From Lama glama (Eukaryota), in contig CM052832.1 of NCBI GenBank assembly GCA_028534125.1, forward strand, positions 23,624,001 to 23,688,000: a stretch of 64,000 nucleotides of DNA, written 5' to 3'. The translations under genes were made by a program, and so were the position numbers. The notes beneath the pieces were generated by a model. The model made no database searches and was not told where the DNA came from. It saw nothing but the letters and a program-made list of their open reading frames with translations. Positions 1-11,045 of the stretch are shown here, one piece after another. Position 1 is the stretch's first letter, and the number at the start of each line of letters is the position of its first letter.

Positions 1-574
1 AATACACACTACACAGGGAAGCTATTCCCTCCCCCGACTCCCCCTTTAAAAGAACAAAATTTCAGTTATTTGAATTTATTGGCCTTTTGTAGGCCTAAGG
101 CATTTCAGAAACTGTTCAAGTTCAAACTTCTTAATTTTATCCATTCGTCAACTGATGTTTTTCATTGTAAATTTAGTAGCGTGTCCTTATTATTTTTAGC
201 GTGTCCTAGCGTGTCCTTCAATAACATGCAGGCTTGAAATACTGAGTTGTTTTGTGTGACTCTTAGCACAGGCTGAGAACAGGATGCCATTTTGCCCAAA
301 GTGAACCCAGGAAATAGGTTCCCAGTTGTGGTACGTAAGTACACAGCTCACATTCCACATGTGGTCACCCCAGTGCAAACATTCTCTGTAGGAAACTAAT
401 GGGCTAAGTTGCTTTTTCCCATGTTAAAAACAGGCACAGCTCCGATGGCAAAGAGATCTAGTCACTGAGTCCCTAGCTAGGGGGTCTAGAGCTAGGGGTC
501 CAGGTGAGCTTTAAGTGTTCCACCAATCCCCTGAAATTACACTAAAAAAAAGTTCAAAAAAAGAACCCTATCTT

Positions 575-690
575 TTTTGGGGGAGAGGGGGACACGTTTT
601 TACTTATTTATTTAAAGGAGGTTCTGGAGATTGAACCCAGGACCTCATGCATGCTAAGCACACCCTCTACCGCTGAGCTATGCCCTCCTC
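575..690 (-). mobile_element. tRNA-Ala(AGC)-derived SINE (vic-1-like)
   Basis: Reverse complement reads GGAGGGCATAGCTCAGCGGTAGAG...CTTAGCATGCATGAGGTCCTGGGTTCAATCTCCAG plus A-rich tail; imperfect TSD aagaaccctatctt (561-574) / aagaactcttatctt (692-706). Confidence 0.9.
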
Positions 691-1098
691 CAAGAACTCT
701 TATCTTCTGATTTCTCATATTTCCTCCCCACCCCCAATCTTGGTCTTTCCTCTGTATTTCTCTTACTTGTCAGATACCATCAACTAATTTCTCTTAAGTC
801 CTTGGTGCCAGGGCCAGTTACTCTGTGGAAGTTGGATCTGAGCCATGTTGAAAAATAAGCCTCACTCTTTAGATGACAGCAGACTGCCTGGCATGTGTCA
901 CCTTCACGGCACCAGTCACTACACCCTTCACCTGTGTCATGAAAGATAACTTGGCCAGTTTCAGCACTCTGAGAATGCAAATTTCAGGGTCATTCCTGTC
1001 CTTAAATTCAGTTCTATGCCACCGACTGTGAGAAAGGCACTGCTAACCAGCACCAACCCGGAGAACCACCAGGGTGTTCTGAAAACGAGCTTGCTCGC

Positions 1099-1137
1099 TC
1101 TCTCTCTCTCTCTATATATATATGTGTATATATATAT
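1099..1137. repeat. Compound (CT)n(AT)n microsatellite
   Basis: ctctctctctctctatatatatatgtgtatatatata. Confidence 0.9.
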
Positions 1138-1903
1138 TTTTCCCCCTTTTTGGTAGAAAACTGGTTTTAAAGGAACTGTTCCCTTGTAAGTTTGCTGTTT
1201 TGTATTTGTCGTTCCTCCTGGAATAGGTCCCACCCCCTCACCCTGCTCCCAGCCCGTGTGGGTTCCATTCTCCTTTCTCTGCACCGAAGAGAATAGAAAC
1301 CCCGTGAGCCCAGTGACCACGTCTGCCTGGTTCACTTTTGTAAACACAGCACTTACTGCAGTTCCTGGTACACACTCAATTCTTGGTAAACGTTTGTTGA
1401 GTGAATAAATTTACCCCATCACAGCCCGCACACACCTCTGTTGCAGTGGCTAGCCTACACTGTTGGTGCCGGGTTTTTACTTCTCTGTCTTTCCCCACTT
1501 GACTGTAAGTGCCCAGACTTTCTCTTGGTGTTCCCCTGAGGCCAGATGTTTGATCAAGTGAGTAAGTGAATGGATACAGGAGGGGGGGAAAGAGATGACT
1601 CCAGGTAGAATATGATCACTGCCTTTACGCTGCTCATGGGCTGTCCTGCAGAAGAAAGATAAGAATGAAGATGACTCCAGAATGCAAGGACAAAGACAAA
1701 TTTGGCTCAGAGTATGGCAGGATGATTACAGGGGCAGGCGATGGAGTGGACTGGCTCTGGAAATGAGCTTCCTGTTGCTAGAGATGGCCCAGTGGTCGCA
1801 GCCGAGCTGCCCACCGGAGATACTGTAGGGTGCATTCTGTCTGAGGTCGGTTTTGTCCATGGGATGCCTTTTAACCCCACGCTGCTCTGCTTCCTTGCCC
1901 CAG

Positions 1904-2065
1904 GTTGCAGGGCGCCTCCACGTGGAAGTGATGCGAGTTACGGGAGCTGTCCCGGAGCGCGTGGTGGAGGACGACTCCTCGGAGAACTCCAGTGAGAGTG
2001 GGAGCCTTGAAGTCGTAGACAGCAGCGGGGAGATCATCCACCGAGTCAGGAAACTCACGTGCCGG
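1904..2065 (+). CDS. KIF13A: KIF13A coding exon (approx. human exon 21); gene begins upstream of window
   Basis: ttccttgccccag|GTT...CGG|gtgagg; 162 nt, phase 0-0; VAGRLHVEVMRVTGAVPERVVEDDSSENSSESGSLEVVDSSGEIIHRVRKLTCR matches recalled KIF13A stalk. Confidence 0.96.
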
Positions 2066-2550
2066 GTGAGGGGGCAGTGGTAACGAGGCTCAGATAGATG
2101 ACCTTTTTAATTCAACACAGTTTTATAGAAAATCTTAGAAGTTTTTCATACAACATAGTAAAATTTAAACTTTCTGACAGTAAACACAGTAATGGACAGG
2201 ACTGTTTCCAGAGGTGGAGCACACTTTCTGATGACAGTTGTATGGAATTTCTAAAGTCTGTGTTCGTGGCGTGCTTCTCTAGTAAAGGTTGCACCTGTGT
2301 CAGAAACTCGGTCACTGGGAAAGTTGGAGAGGGATGTGTCTGTTTGTTGCCAGCTCATCTACTGTGATTTGGAGCCATGGTACAGATTTCATCACAGATA
2401 GGTAATCCTTAATGAAATGGTGCCAGATATTTTCAGATGTCAGGTAAATGACTGACTGATTTATTTCATCACTAACCCTGAAATTTGAGGTAGTTGGGTG
2501 TGAAAAGAGAGCATAGTTTAATGTTTTCTTCATGAGAGTTATATTTGCAA

Positions 2551-2836
2551 TTTTAATTTAATTTTTATTGAAGTACATTCAGTTACAATGTGTCAGTTTC
2601 TAGTGTACAGCACAATGTCTCAGTCATGCATACGCATACATGTATTTGTTTTCATACTCTTTTTCATTACAGGTTGTTACAAGATATTGAATATAGTTCC
2701 TTGTGCTGTGCAGAAGAAGCTTTTTTTTTAACCTGTTTTTCTATATAGTGGCTAACATTTTAGTGGCTAAATCTCAAACTCCCAAGTTTATCCCCTCCCA
2801 CCCCCTTTCCCCGGTAACCGTAAGATTGTTTACTAT
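2551..2836 (-). mobile_element. 5'-truncated L1 3' end
   Basis: T-rich tail + TTTATTGAAGTACA..CAGTTACAATGTGTCAGTTTCT..TACAAGATATTGAATATAGTTCC; homologous to copies at 16827, 45190 and 60150. Confidence 0.85.
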
Positions 2837-2860
2837 GCATTTTTTTTTTAATCTCTTCAG

Positions 2861-3034
2861 GTAAAAATTAAAGAGGCAACAGGGCTGCCCTTAAACCTCT
2901 CAAATTTCGTCTTCTGTCAATACACATTCTGGGACCAGTGTGAATCCACAGTGGCCGCCCCAGTGGTGGACCCAGAGGTGCCTTCCCCACAGTCCAAGGA
3001 TGCGCAGTACACCGTGACCTTCTCTCACTGTAAG
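2861..3034 (+). CDS. KIF13A: KIF13A coding exon (approx. 22)
   Basis: ctcttcag|GTA...AAG|gtacag; 174 nt; VKIKEATGLPLNLSNFVFCQYTFWDQCESTVAAPVVDPEVPSPQSKDAQYTVTFSHCK. Confidence 0.96.
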
Positions 3035-4069
3035 GTACAGATGCCATTACAAAGTGAGCTACGTGGGAGGCAACCGACCTGGGCAGTTTACAACTACTTG
3101 TAACTTAGAGATTTTCCCCATATGAATGTTTTATAAACGTAGTATGTTTATTGGGCTTTTTTAACCTCAAAATGTACTTTAATACAAATTCAAATTATTT
3201 GAAAGTATTTAAAATAAAATCTGAAAGACTTCTGCCTGAAATCTTAATCCTTAGGGGTCTGATGACCAATGACAGTTTGCTGCCTATTTTAATAAACAAT
3301 TTTCTATGCTCTACAGCTGTTATATGTGTGTGGTAAACAGTGTGTTCATACACATAAATGGGCATAGATACAACACGCTTACCATCACGCATGCATAACT
3401 TCTTTAGAAAATATTTTTATACAAAAATATGATCGCATACAGATTGCAGAATTGCCTTTTGTTACTTTAATATATGTGAACATCTAACCATGTGAGTTGC
3501 TGTAGATATTTTTCATTCTTTTGACATTCTAAGCATGGTATTCTAACGTCCCATATGAGTTTTTTAAAGAAAATATAAAGTGAGAAAGGTGAATTTTGGG
3601 GGAATATTGTTTGGACCTATTTTTGTGACATCAGCTACCCTTCCTGACTCCTATTAGACTGCCAACAAGTCATTTCTGACAGCCAGACTCTATCTTCTGT
3701 GTCACGTTGTTTTGCCTTGGACAATTCTTCATAGATACTCAAGACCCTTTCTTTTGGAAATTCTTTCTGGTTCTATACATAGAAAACAAATCCATATCAC
3801 CACCCGTAAAATTTCACATATGTAAAGTCTGTCAAGTCGTTCTTTTTCTGAAAACAAACAGCCCACATTTTTTTAACCCATGTTCACCAAATCTGTTTCT
3901 CAATTCTTTATTAATGTTTGTTGTTGTTTTGTTCTCTAAGTACTGCTTTAAGTATCCCCATCTTTCTTTGGCTCTAAAAAGCTGCTCATTTAGAAGGGTC
4001 AGACCTGAATTTTAAGTGCATTCCTACTTAACGCTGGTATAACAGATTTTGATCTCAGAGACCTTGGAC

Positions 4070-4569
4070 NNNNNNNNNNNNNNNNNNNNNNNNNNNNNNN
4101 NNNNNNNNNNNNNNNNNNNNNNNNNNNNNNNNNNNNNNNNNNNNNNNNNNNNNNNNNNNNNNNNNNNNNNNNNNNNNNNNNNNNNNNNNNNNNNNNNNNN
4201 NNNNNNNNNNNNNNNNNNNNNNNNNNNNNNNNNNNNNNNNNNNNNNNNNNNNNNNNNNNNNNNNNNNNNNNNNNNNNNNNNNNNNNNNNNNNNNNNNNNN
4301 NNNNNNNNNNNNNNNNNNNNNNNNNNNNNNNNNNNNNNNNNNNNNNNNNNNNNNNNNNNNNNNNNNNNNNNNNNNNNNNNNNNNNNNNNNNNNNNNNNNN
4401 NNNNNNNNNNNNNNNNNNNNNNNNNNNNNNNNNNNNNNNNNNNNNNNNNNNNNNNNNNNNNNNNNNNNNNNNNNNNNNNNNNNNNNNNNNNNNNNNNNNN
4501 NNNNNNNNNNNNNNNNNNNNNNNNNNNNNNNNNNNNNNNNNNNNNNNNNNNNNNNNNNNNNNNNNNNNN
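4070..4569. other. Assembly gap (500 N)
   Basis: Run of n in a KIF13A intron; flanking exons join in frame (HCK|DYVV), so no constitutive exon appears to be missing. Confidence 0.99.
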
Positions 4570-4706
4570 TAAAACAGCAGCAATAGTTTTAAGGTTGGGA
4601 TCAGGCCAACATACTTCGAACTGAATCTGTATACAGTTGAAAGGTAAAAGAAAATTTCGCAGATGCATAATTCTTGTCGCTCTTTCCTTTCCCCCACTTC
4701 TCCCAG

Positions 4707-4858
4707 GACTATGTGGTGAACGTAACCGAAGAATTCCTGGAGTTCATTTCAGATGGCGCGCTGGCGATCGAAGTCTGGGGCCACCGGTGCGCTGGGAACG
4801 GCAGCTCCGTCTGGGAAGTCGATTCCCTTCACGCGAAGACACGAACGCTGCATGACAG
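4707..4858 (+). CDS. KIF13A: KIF13A coding exon (approx. 23)
   Basis: ttctcccag|GAC...AG|gtttgt; 152 nt, phase 0-2; DYVVNVTEEFLEFISDGALAIEVWGHRCAGNGSSVWEVDSLHAKTRTLHD(R). Confidence 0.96.
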
Positions 4859-4989
4859 GTTTGTATTTGGCCGTGAGCTTTAGACTCAGGGTCTAGGCTA
4901 ACTCTTGGACAGCAGTTGAGAGTAAGGACTCTCTGAGCCTGTTTCCTCCTTTGTGAAATGGGAGTTATAAAAGGAACTTCCAGGTATTG

Positions 4990-5720
4990 GAAAAATTCAA
5001 TGGGGAAAGGACAGCCTTTTCAGCAAATGAGACTGAATCAACTGCGTATCTATGTGGAGGAGAAAAAAACCAATCTTGATGTTTACTTCACATGATACAT
5101 AAAACTTAATTTGAGATGGAGCATGACTTTAAATGTAAAAGATAAAACTGTAAAGCTTATAGGAGAAAAAAGGAGGATCTCTTCTTGTAAAGCTGACCGT
5201 TTGCCTCTTCTGTGACCCAGAAATCTCACTACTAGATATTGACCCCCGAAAATGAAAACTTAAGTCCATAAGCAGATGTATACACGGATGTTCCCAGCAG
5301 TTCTATTCATAATATCCTAAAACCGCAAATAGTGCAAATGTCCTTCGATGTGAGAATGTCTGATAAACAAATTGTAGTATTAGTCACATGATAGAATATT
5401 GTTCAGCAATGTATAAAAAAGTCCTGTGGACACCCCTTTGGATGAATCACAAAAACTGATCTGAATCAAAGAAGCCAGACCTCGAAGAGTACAGTGCTAC
5501 GTGATTCCATCCGTATGACATTGTGAAACAGGGAAAGCTAATCTGCAAGGTTGCACAGCTGCTGTGGGCGGCGTAGGGACCAAGCGGGAAGGGCCTGACA
5601 CCACCTCCCATGGTGACAGTGGGCGAGGTACCCAGGTGTGTGTGTCTGTCACAACGTGTCAGCTGTACGCCTGAGAGCTGGACAGCTCGCTGAGTGTAAG
5701 TTATACCTCAGTGAAGTAAA
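4990..5720 (+). mobile_element. Ancient L1 fragment (ORF2 end / 3' UTR)
   Basis: AATTCAATGGGGAAAGGACAGCCTTTTCAGCAAAT, GACCCAGAAATCTCACT, GAAGCCAGAC..GATTCCAT, GTTATACCTCA; boundaries approximate. Confidence 0.7.
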
Positions 5721-5873
5721 CAGGACCCGTACCACAGGGCTGTTTGGGAGGCCAGTAAGAAAACAGTCCTGACATTCAGAGAGCACAGTGCGGTGCGCGT
5801 CGTGCTCAGAGAAGGGGGCTCAGTCCTGCCACGATGTCCGCGGGCAGCGGCACTGGTGGGACGTGTTCTGCAG

Positions 5874-6006
5874 GTGGAGCGAGGTCACGCGCAGGATAGA
5901 GATGTGGGTCTCCATCCTGGAGCTGAACGAGCTGGGGGAGTACGCGGCGGTGGAACTCCATCAGGCGAGGGACGTCAACACAGGAGGTGTCTTTCAACTC
6001 AGACAG
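5874..6006 (+). CDS. KIF13A: KIF13A coding exon (approx. 24)
   Basis: ttctgcag|G TGG...CAG|gtacca; 133 nt, phase 2-0; WSEVTRRIEMWVSILELNELGEYAAVELHQARDVNTGGVFQLRQ. Confidence 0.96.
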
Positions 6007-6196
6007 GTACCAGCTTTGTCTTTCCTCGTTTCATGTTTTCTCCCTGTCCCACTCACATTACACACAGTTTCTGGGAATTTTCTAGTGATTTGTTTCTTTG
6101 CTCCCTAATTCTTTTCCCTTCCTTCGTCCTCTTGCCCCATCCCTCGCCATTCCTATCCCTGGCACCCCTGTCCCCATCGCACCCCCACCTCTGCAG

Positions 6197-6343
6197 GGCC
6201 ATTCCCGGAGAGTGCAGGTCACGGTGAAGCCGGTACAGCATTCCGGGACCCTGCCACTCATGGTCGAAGCCATCTTGTCCGTATGCATTGGCTGCGTGAC
6301 TGCCCGGTCCACCAAGCTCCAGAGGGGGCTGGACAGTTACCAG
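6197..6343 (+). CDS. KIF13A: KIF13A coding exon (approx. 25), kinesin-3 DUF3694-type region
   Basis: cctctgcag|GGC...CAG|gtaaga; 147 nt; GHSRRVQVTVKPVQHSGTLPLMVEAILSVCIGCVTARSTKLQRGLDSYQ. Confidence 0.96.
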
Positions 6344-9264
6344 GTAAGACCAACAGATTTGAAATAGTACCTAACAAAGACTGGTTAATGCAGAATGAAG
6401 GCAGTCAGTGACCTTTGATGGAGCCCTGTTTGGGAATAGAACCGAACTCTGCCTAAACCCTGTATCTGCCGCACCCCCTCCCCAAGCCCCCAATTTGTAT
6501 TTCCATCCATTGCCTTTTTATTAGGTTTAAAATACTCTCTTGGCTTGGTGTTTCATTAATAATAATTTTATTTATAAGCACATATTAATGCTTTTGTGCT
6601 TATTTACTTTAGACAGGTTTTATTGCCTAAATTAAATTGGATATTTGGCATTACTGCCTGGCCTGATCCACTTTTCTTAATATAAAATTGCCCCCATACA
6701 CTGGCATCATTAACCAACTCTCTGAAAGCTTTACTTTTTTTCTTTTTTTAATTAAAACTTGTCCTCATGATCATTTTTGTTCATTACATCTCCTTTTACT
6801 AAATCTTCTGTTATCATCTTCAAAAAACTGAAAGATGGCCACCTTTAAGAATCCATCTGATTACCAGTCACAACTGTTTAGGACTCTGTGAGAATAAACA
6901 TGTCCCCAGTGGCCTGAAATTCAGACTTCCCTGAAAGCTAAAAAGAGCATTGGCTTGGACTGTTGGGCCTGAAGAAGGCACAGCTTTGTCAGACACTGCC
7001 GTTCCCATCCCAGGCCAAAATTGCGTCCGACTCAAATCCTGGGAGAGTCTAAATGAAGGCTCAAGGCTGGAGTCTGCTGTTTTAGGGGAGGCTCCTCCAC
7101 CAGGCTTTTCCTTGTGTGTGGAGTAAAAATTGGGTTGTATGTATTCTTAACCCAGTCCAGCCCCTCACTTGGCTGTCGACTCTGGGAGCCACTGCAGGGC
7201 CCAGTAGACAGAGCACAGACTTGGAGTGGGGAGACCTGAGTTCTTAAGTCTTGTTTGAATTAACTGAGTAATTTAAACTTCAAGTTCCCTTTTTCTCCTC
7301 TCCAAATTGATGAAGTAGACTTAATAACTCTCTGAGGTCTCTTTTTGCCATAAAATTTTGTGACTTAAGAAGTCTCTGATCTTAGGTAAAACTTTTGAGT
7401 CTGTGTGTCCTAAATCATGACCTACGAACATGGGTCACCAACTGTCTGGTCCCCTTTTAGGAACATCAGAAAGATTGTGTGCACTTTTTAAAACAGCTAT
7501 GCCTCTTGAGTTAAAATGGATTTTTGTCAAAAATTTAGCTCTCCAATATCCGCCTTCCCCCGGTGCTAAATGCTCTTTAATGAGCATAGTACCAGTCATG
7601 CAAAATTAAACGGTGACTGTTTTAAACCTTTTATTTTTGTTTGCTGCCATGCTCACAGTCCTGTCCAGGACCATTTTGGTTGTTGACATAGTACTGTAGA
7701 ATTATTTTGATGCAATAGCTCGAGGCAACCCAGAATATGCTGATTTCACAACAGTGATATATCACGGGAGCTCAGGCTGGTTTTTGGTTAATAGAAATTC
7801 CTCCTTAGTCTAAAAAATAATGATAAATTAGAGCTATTTGTGCTTTATTCATTAACATGGGGAATTAATTCAAGAAAAATTACTGCAGTGTTAAGCTTGC
7901 GTTTAATAAGTTAGAGTTATCCAAATAAACATGATGGTTACCAAACTAAAACTAAAGTGTATTTTATAAAGTCTACGCAGAGAATACCTGTAACAGCATT
8001 TTTAAAGCATTTTTTAAAAGCGGTATACTTTGAAGTTTACGTAGATGTGAAAATAATGTAATTATATTTTGTAAGCACTTGAGAAAAATCTGTCATTTTT
8101 ATGACTAGGCCACTTTGCTTCCTGTTTGAATGTCAACCCGCCAATAACAGTAGAGGAATGAAAGAAGGTTGTGACATGGCCCAGCGTTCGTTTTGAGTAG
8201 AGCCATAGGGGTGGCTACCCTCTGCAAATGGGGATTTCTTTAGTCTTGTTTCCAGGGAAAATCACCTCAACTAAAACCCTTTTGTTTTCAACATGATGGT
8301 TTTGTTTTGCAGGTGTTTTTTGCCAGAAGTCTTATTTTATGTAATTATTGTAAAATATTGCCATGGGTTTAGGACAGTTTTGATTCTTCTCACCTAACTG
8401 GTGTGGCTACTGATGGGGTAGATAGTGGACAATGATACAGCCGTGTACCTAAGATAGTGAGCTGTGCTTTTACTGTAGTGGTGTCGTCCACAGAACTGGT
8501 CTTCCCTCGGGACCCAGGGGGATTGGTTCTGCAACCCTCTCTTGGATGCTAAAATCTGAGAACGCTCAAATCCCTTCTATAACGTGACTGAGTACACTCA
8601 ACCCTCTGGATCAGGAAGGTTCTGCGGACGGTGGAACTGGCGGGTGCAGAGAGCTGACAGTTTGTACACGGCCTTAGGTTCCCAGTGGGTTTTCACCTGT
8701 GCTGACTTCGCAGTGAACGGGGTGGTGCAGAGAAGGGGGCGCAGAGGTGGGAGACTTAGAGGCCTGGCTTCCCATCCTGACCCCGCCACATCCTGAGCCT
8801 TGAGTTAAATTGTTTAATCCTTCAGGCCTTCGCTGCCTCATGGCTAAAACTAAGAGGTTGAGCAAGAGACTCCCTGAAGTCCTTTCTAGTTTTGCCATCT
8901 GTCCTTCTTAGCCCATTCAGAATCTCAAATAGCTCACCCAGAAACGAGTAACAACTGTTTGCATAACAGTGCAATGAGGCCTGACACAGTGGTGTTGGTT
9001 CTTGTCTCCAGCTAAGAGGTCCTGAGAGTTCCTGTTTTTAAATAATTGCCTTTCTATATATTAAAAAAAAAATCTTAAATTCTTTAAGTCATTGTAGACA
9101 AGTGAATTAAACCCACTGTTTGAGAGTCCGTTAAATGTTTTATTATGCTGATACTGTGTGTGCTATCCACTGTAATGTGTGTGTTAAGCTTGTAGAAGTA
9201 TTTTCCTTGTGTGCTGTTTGAGAAACAAAATGCATGTCCTCTGTGTTTATTTTTTTCCTACCAG

Positions 9265-9303
9265 AGAGATGATGAGGATGGTGATGATATGGATAGTTAC
9301 CAG
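9265..9303 (+). CDS. KIF13A: KIF13A 39-nt cassette exon (approx. 26)
   Basis: ttttttcctaccag|AGA...CAG|gtatta; 39 nt, phase 0-0; RDDEDGDDMDSYQ; skippable in frame. Confidence 0.92.
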
Positions 9304-10945
9304 GTATTAATTACTGCTGCTGTCAATCCTGTAGCATGGGGCACAGCTGCCGCTAATTGCCAGTATCCGCCAAGCAGAGGGCAGGGAGGAGGAGGAGGAC
9401 CCTAGTGCAGGAAATACGCAGTTTTCACTGGCTTTTGATTTGCTTTAAACGTAATCAAGGGTACAGTACGATTTCTGTAGGCTTCCCTGTCAGTTCACAG
9501 TGTATAAGCAGATACTGCATTTTTGCTATGCCGTCGCAAACTGCTAGCTTGTAAAGCCTTTTCTAGACAGGACCACCATCGCTGTATTAAATTGGTGGTC
9601 TTAAGAATTGTCCTTACTCATCCGTCATCTGTAAGTAGACTTGTCTCTTCTACATAAAAACCTGCGCTTAGCGCCTTACACCCAAGAAAGTGGCATCATT
9701 CTAATCTGCCATTTTATTTTTGAAGACTTTTGCTGGATAGCAAAACTGAAGGCACTTTAAGCACACAGTTTTGTTTAGCCAGTTTTCTCCTTTCTTTCAG
9801 GCCAACCTTACTTATTCCTAACCTGAAGAATTTACATCTCAGCTTTTTGTTTTTGGAAGTCTAGGGGAAAAAAATATATATATGTGTGCAAATGTGAAAT
9901 TTTACCTAGTCAGCACTGACTGGCCCACTGTCAGGGGAATGTGCGATAAGAGTCAAGGTCAGGGTGGCAGACCAAGATGACGTTTCCTGGGTTTGGGTCC
10001 CAGTCTTTGTACTGATTCGCTCTATAAATTTTACAAGCATGTTCCCCCAGTGTGCCTTCCTATAAGTAGAAAGTGGGTCCATGTAGGTAAAGCCCCAGGA
10101 GTCCTCAGGTGTCTGGCTCTTAATGTAACGTCTGAAGGGTTAGACTGGAATTAGGCAAGTCAAAGAGCAACCTGAATAGAATTGGTAGGTTTCTTTCCCT
10201 CCTCATAATTTTATTAAGAAAGAAAACAAGCAAGTAAAACAAATGTTGAGGGAAGTATCAGTGTCCCCTTGGATCTCAGCATCGCCATTAACTAACGTCC
10301 TGTGGCTGCCTGTGCGCCTCCTGCCACGTGGTTCACAGTGAAGTCGGGCGGCTGCTTCTGGGGGTTCTTAGCATGGCTGGCTGCATGTTGGCTTTCTGCA
10401 TGGGAAATTTTCGGTTAGCCTCATGGTAGTGGTTGGAGGTAAAATCTTCGCAGCAAGTTCAAAAGATTCCCCGCTGATCTGTCCTTCATATTTCAGAAAA
10501 TGCCTGCTGTCAGGCCATTGAGCTATTAATGGTGAAAATGCCTGTCGTTTTCCATTCCGTTTGCTGTTCTGTGATTTGGGCTCTGTTGATGGTGTCCTTC
10601 TGCTTAGAATCGCAAACGCTTCAAAGGCATAGCTACAACCTAAATACATACATGCACGTACCACGTGAAGACTCATCAGACAGCTGGTGTAGTTTGAGCT
10701 TCTCTTGCTTTTAAGTTTAATTATCCTTCTGGAAATCCACGGGCTCCGATTTCTGAGTAATGGGATCCTCAGTCAGCATGCGGTGTTCCTGAGGCCTCTC
10801 TGCTTTCTGGCATATTAATCCCACGGCAACGTTCAATGGCCTTTCCCAATGAAAAGTTCCCTAATCAATTTAAACATCTTTTTAAAGAAAAAGAAATAGT
10901 TATCTATGCACTCTACAGGAAAATGTTTTCCCTCCCTGATGTCAG

Positions 10946-11045
10946 GAAGAAGACTTAAACTGTGTGAGAGAGAGGTGGTCTGATGCCCTCATTAAACGGC
11001 GAGAATACTTAGATGAACAGATTAAAAAAGTCAGCAATAAAAAAG
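10946..11045 (+). CDS. KIF13A: KIF13A coding exon (approx. 27)
   Basis: gtcag|GAA...G|gtatgt; 100 nt, phase 0-1; EEDLNCVRERWSDALIKRREYLDEQIKKVSNKK. Confidence 0.95.

Noticed and set aside
177..217. Three copies of TAGCGTGTCC
   Set aside because: Short local slippage duplication in an intron; spacing is irregular and not array-like.
325..342. Donor-like TAC|gtaagt near window start
   Set aside because: No upstream acceptor or KIF13A-like reading frame; the preceding true exon lies outside the window.
3999..4697. Long ORFs (191-232 aa) in the ORF track
   Set aside because: They are artefacts of the 500-N gap (poly-X).
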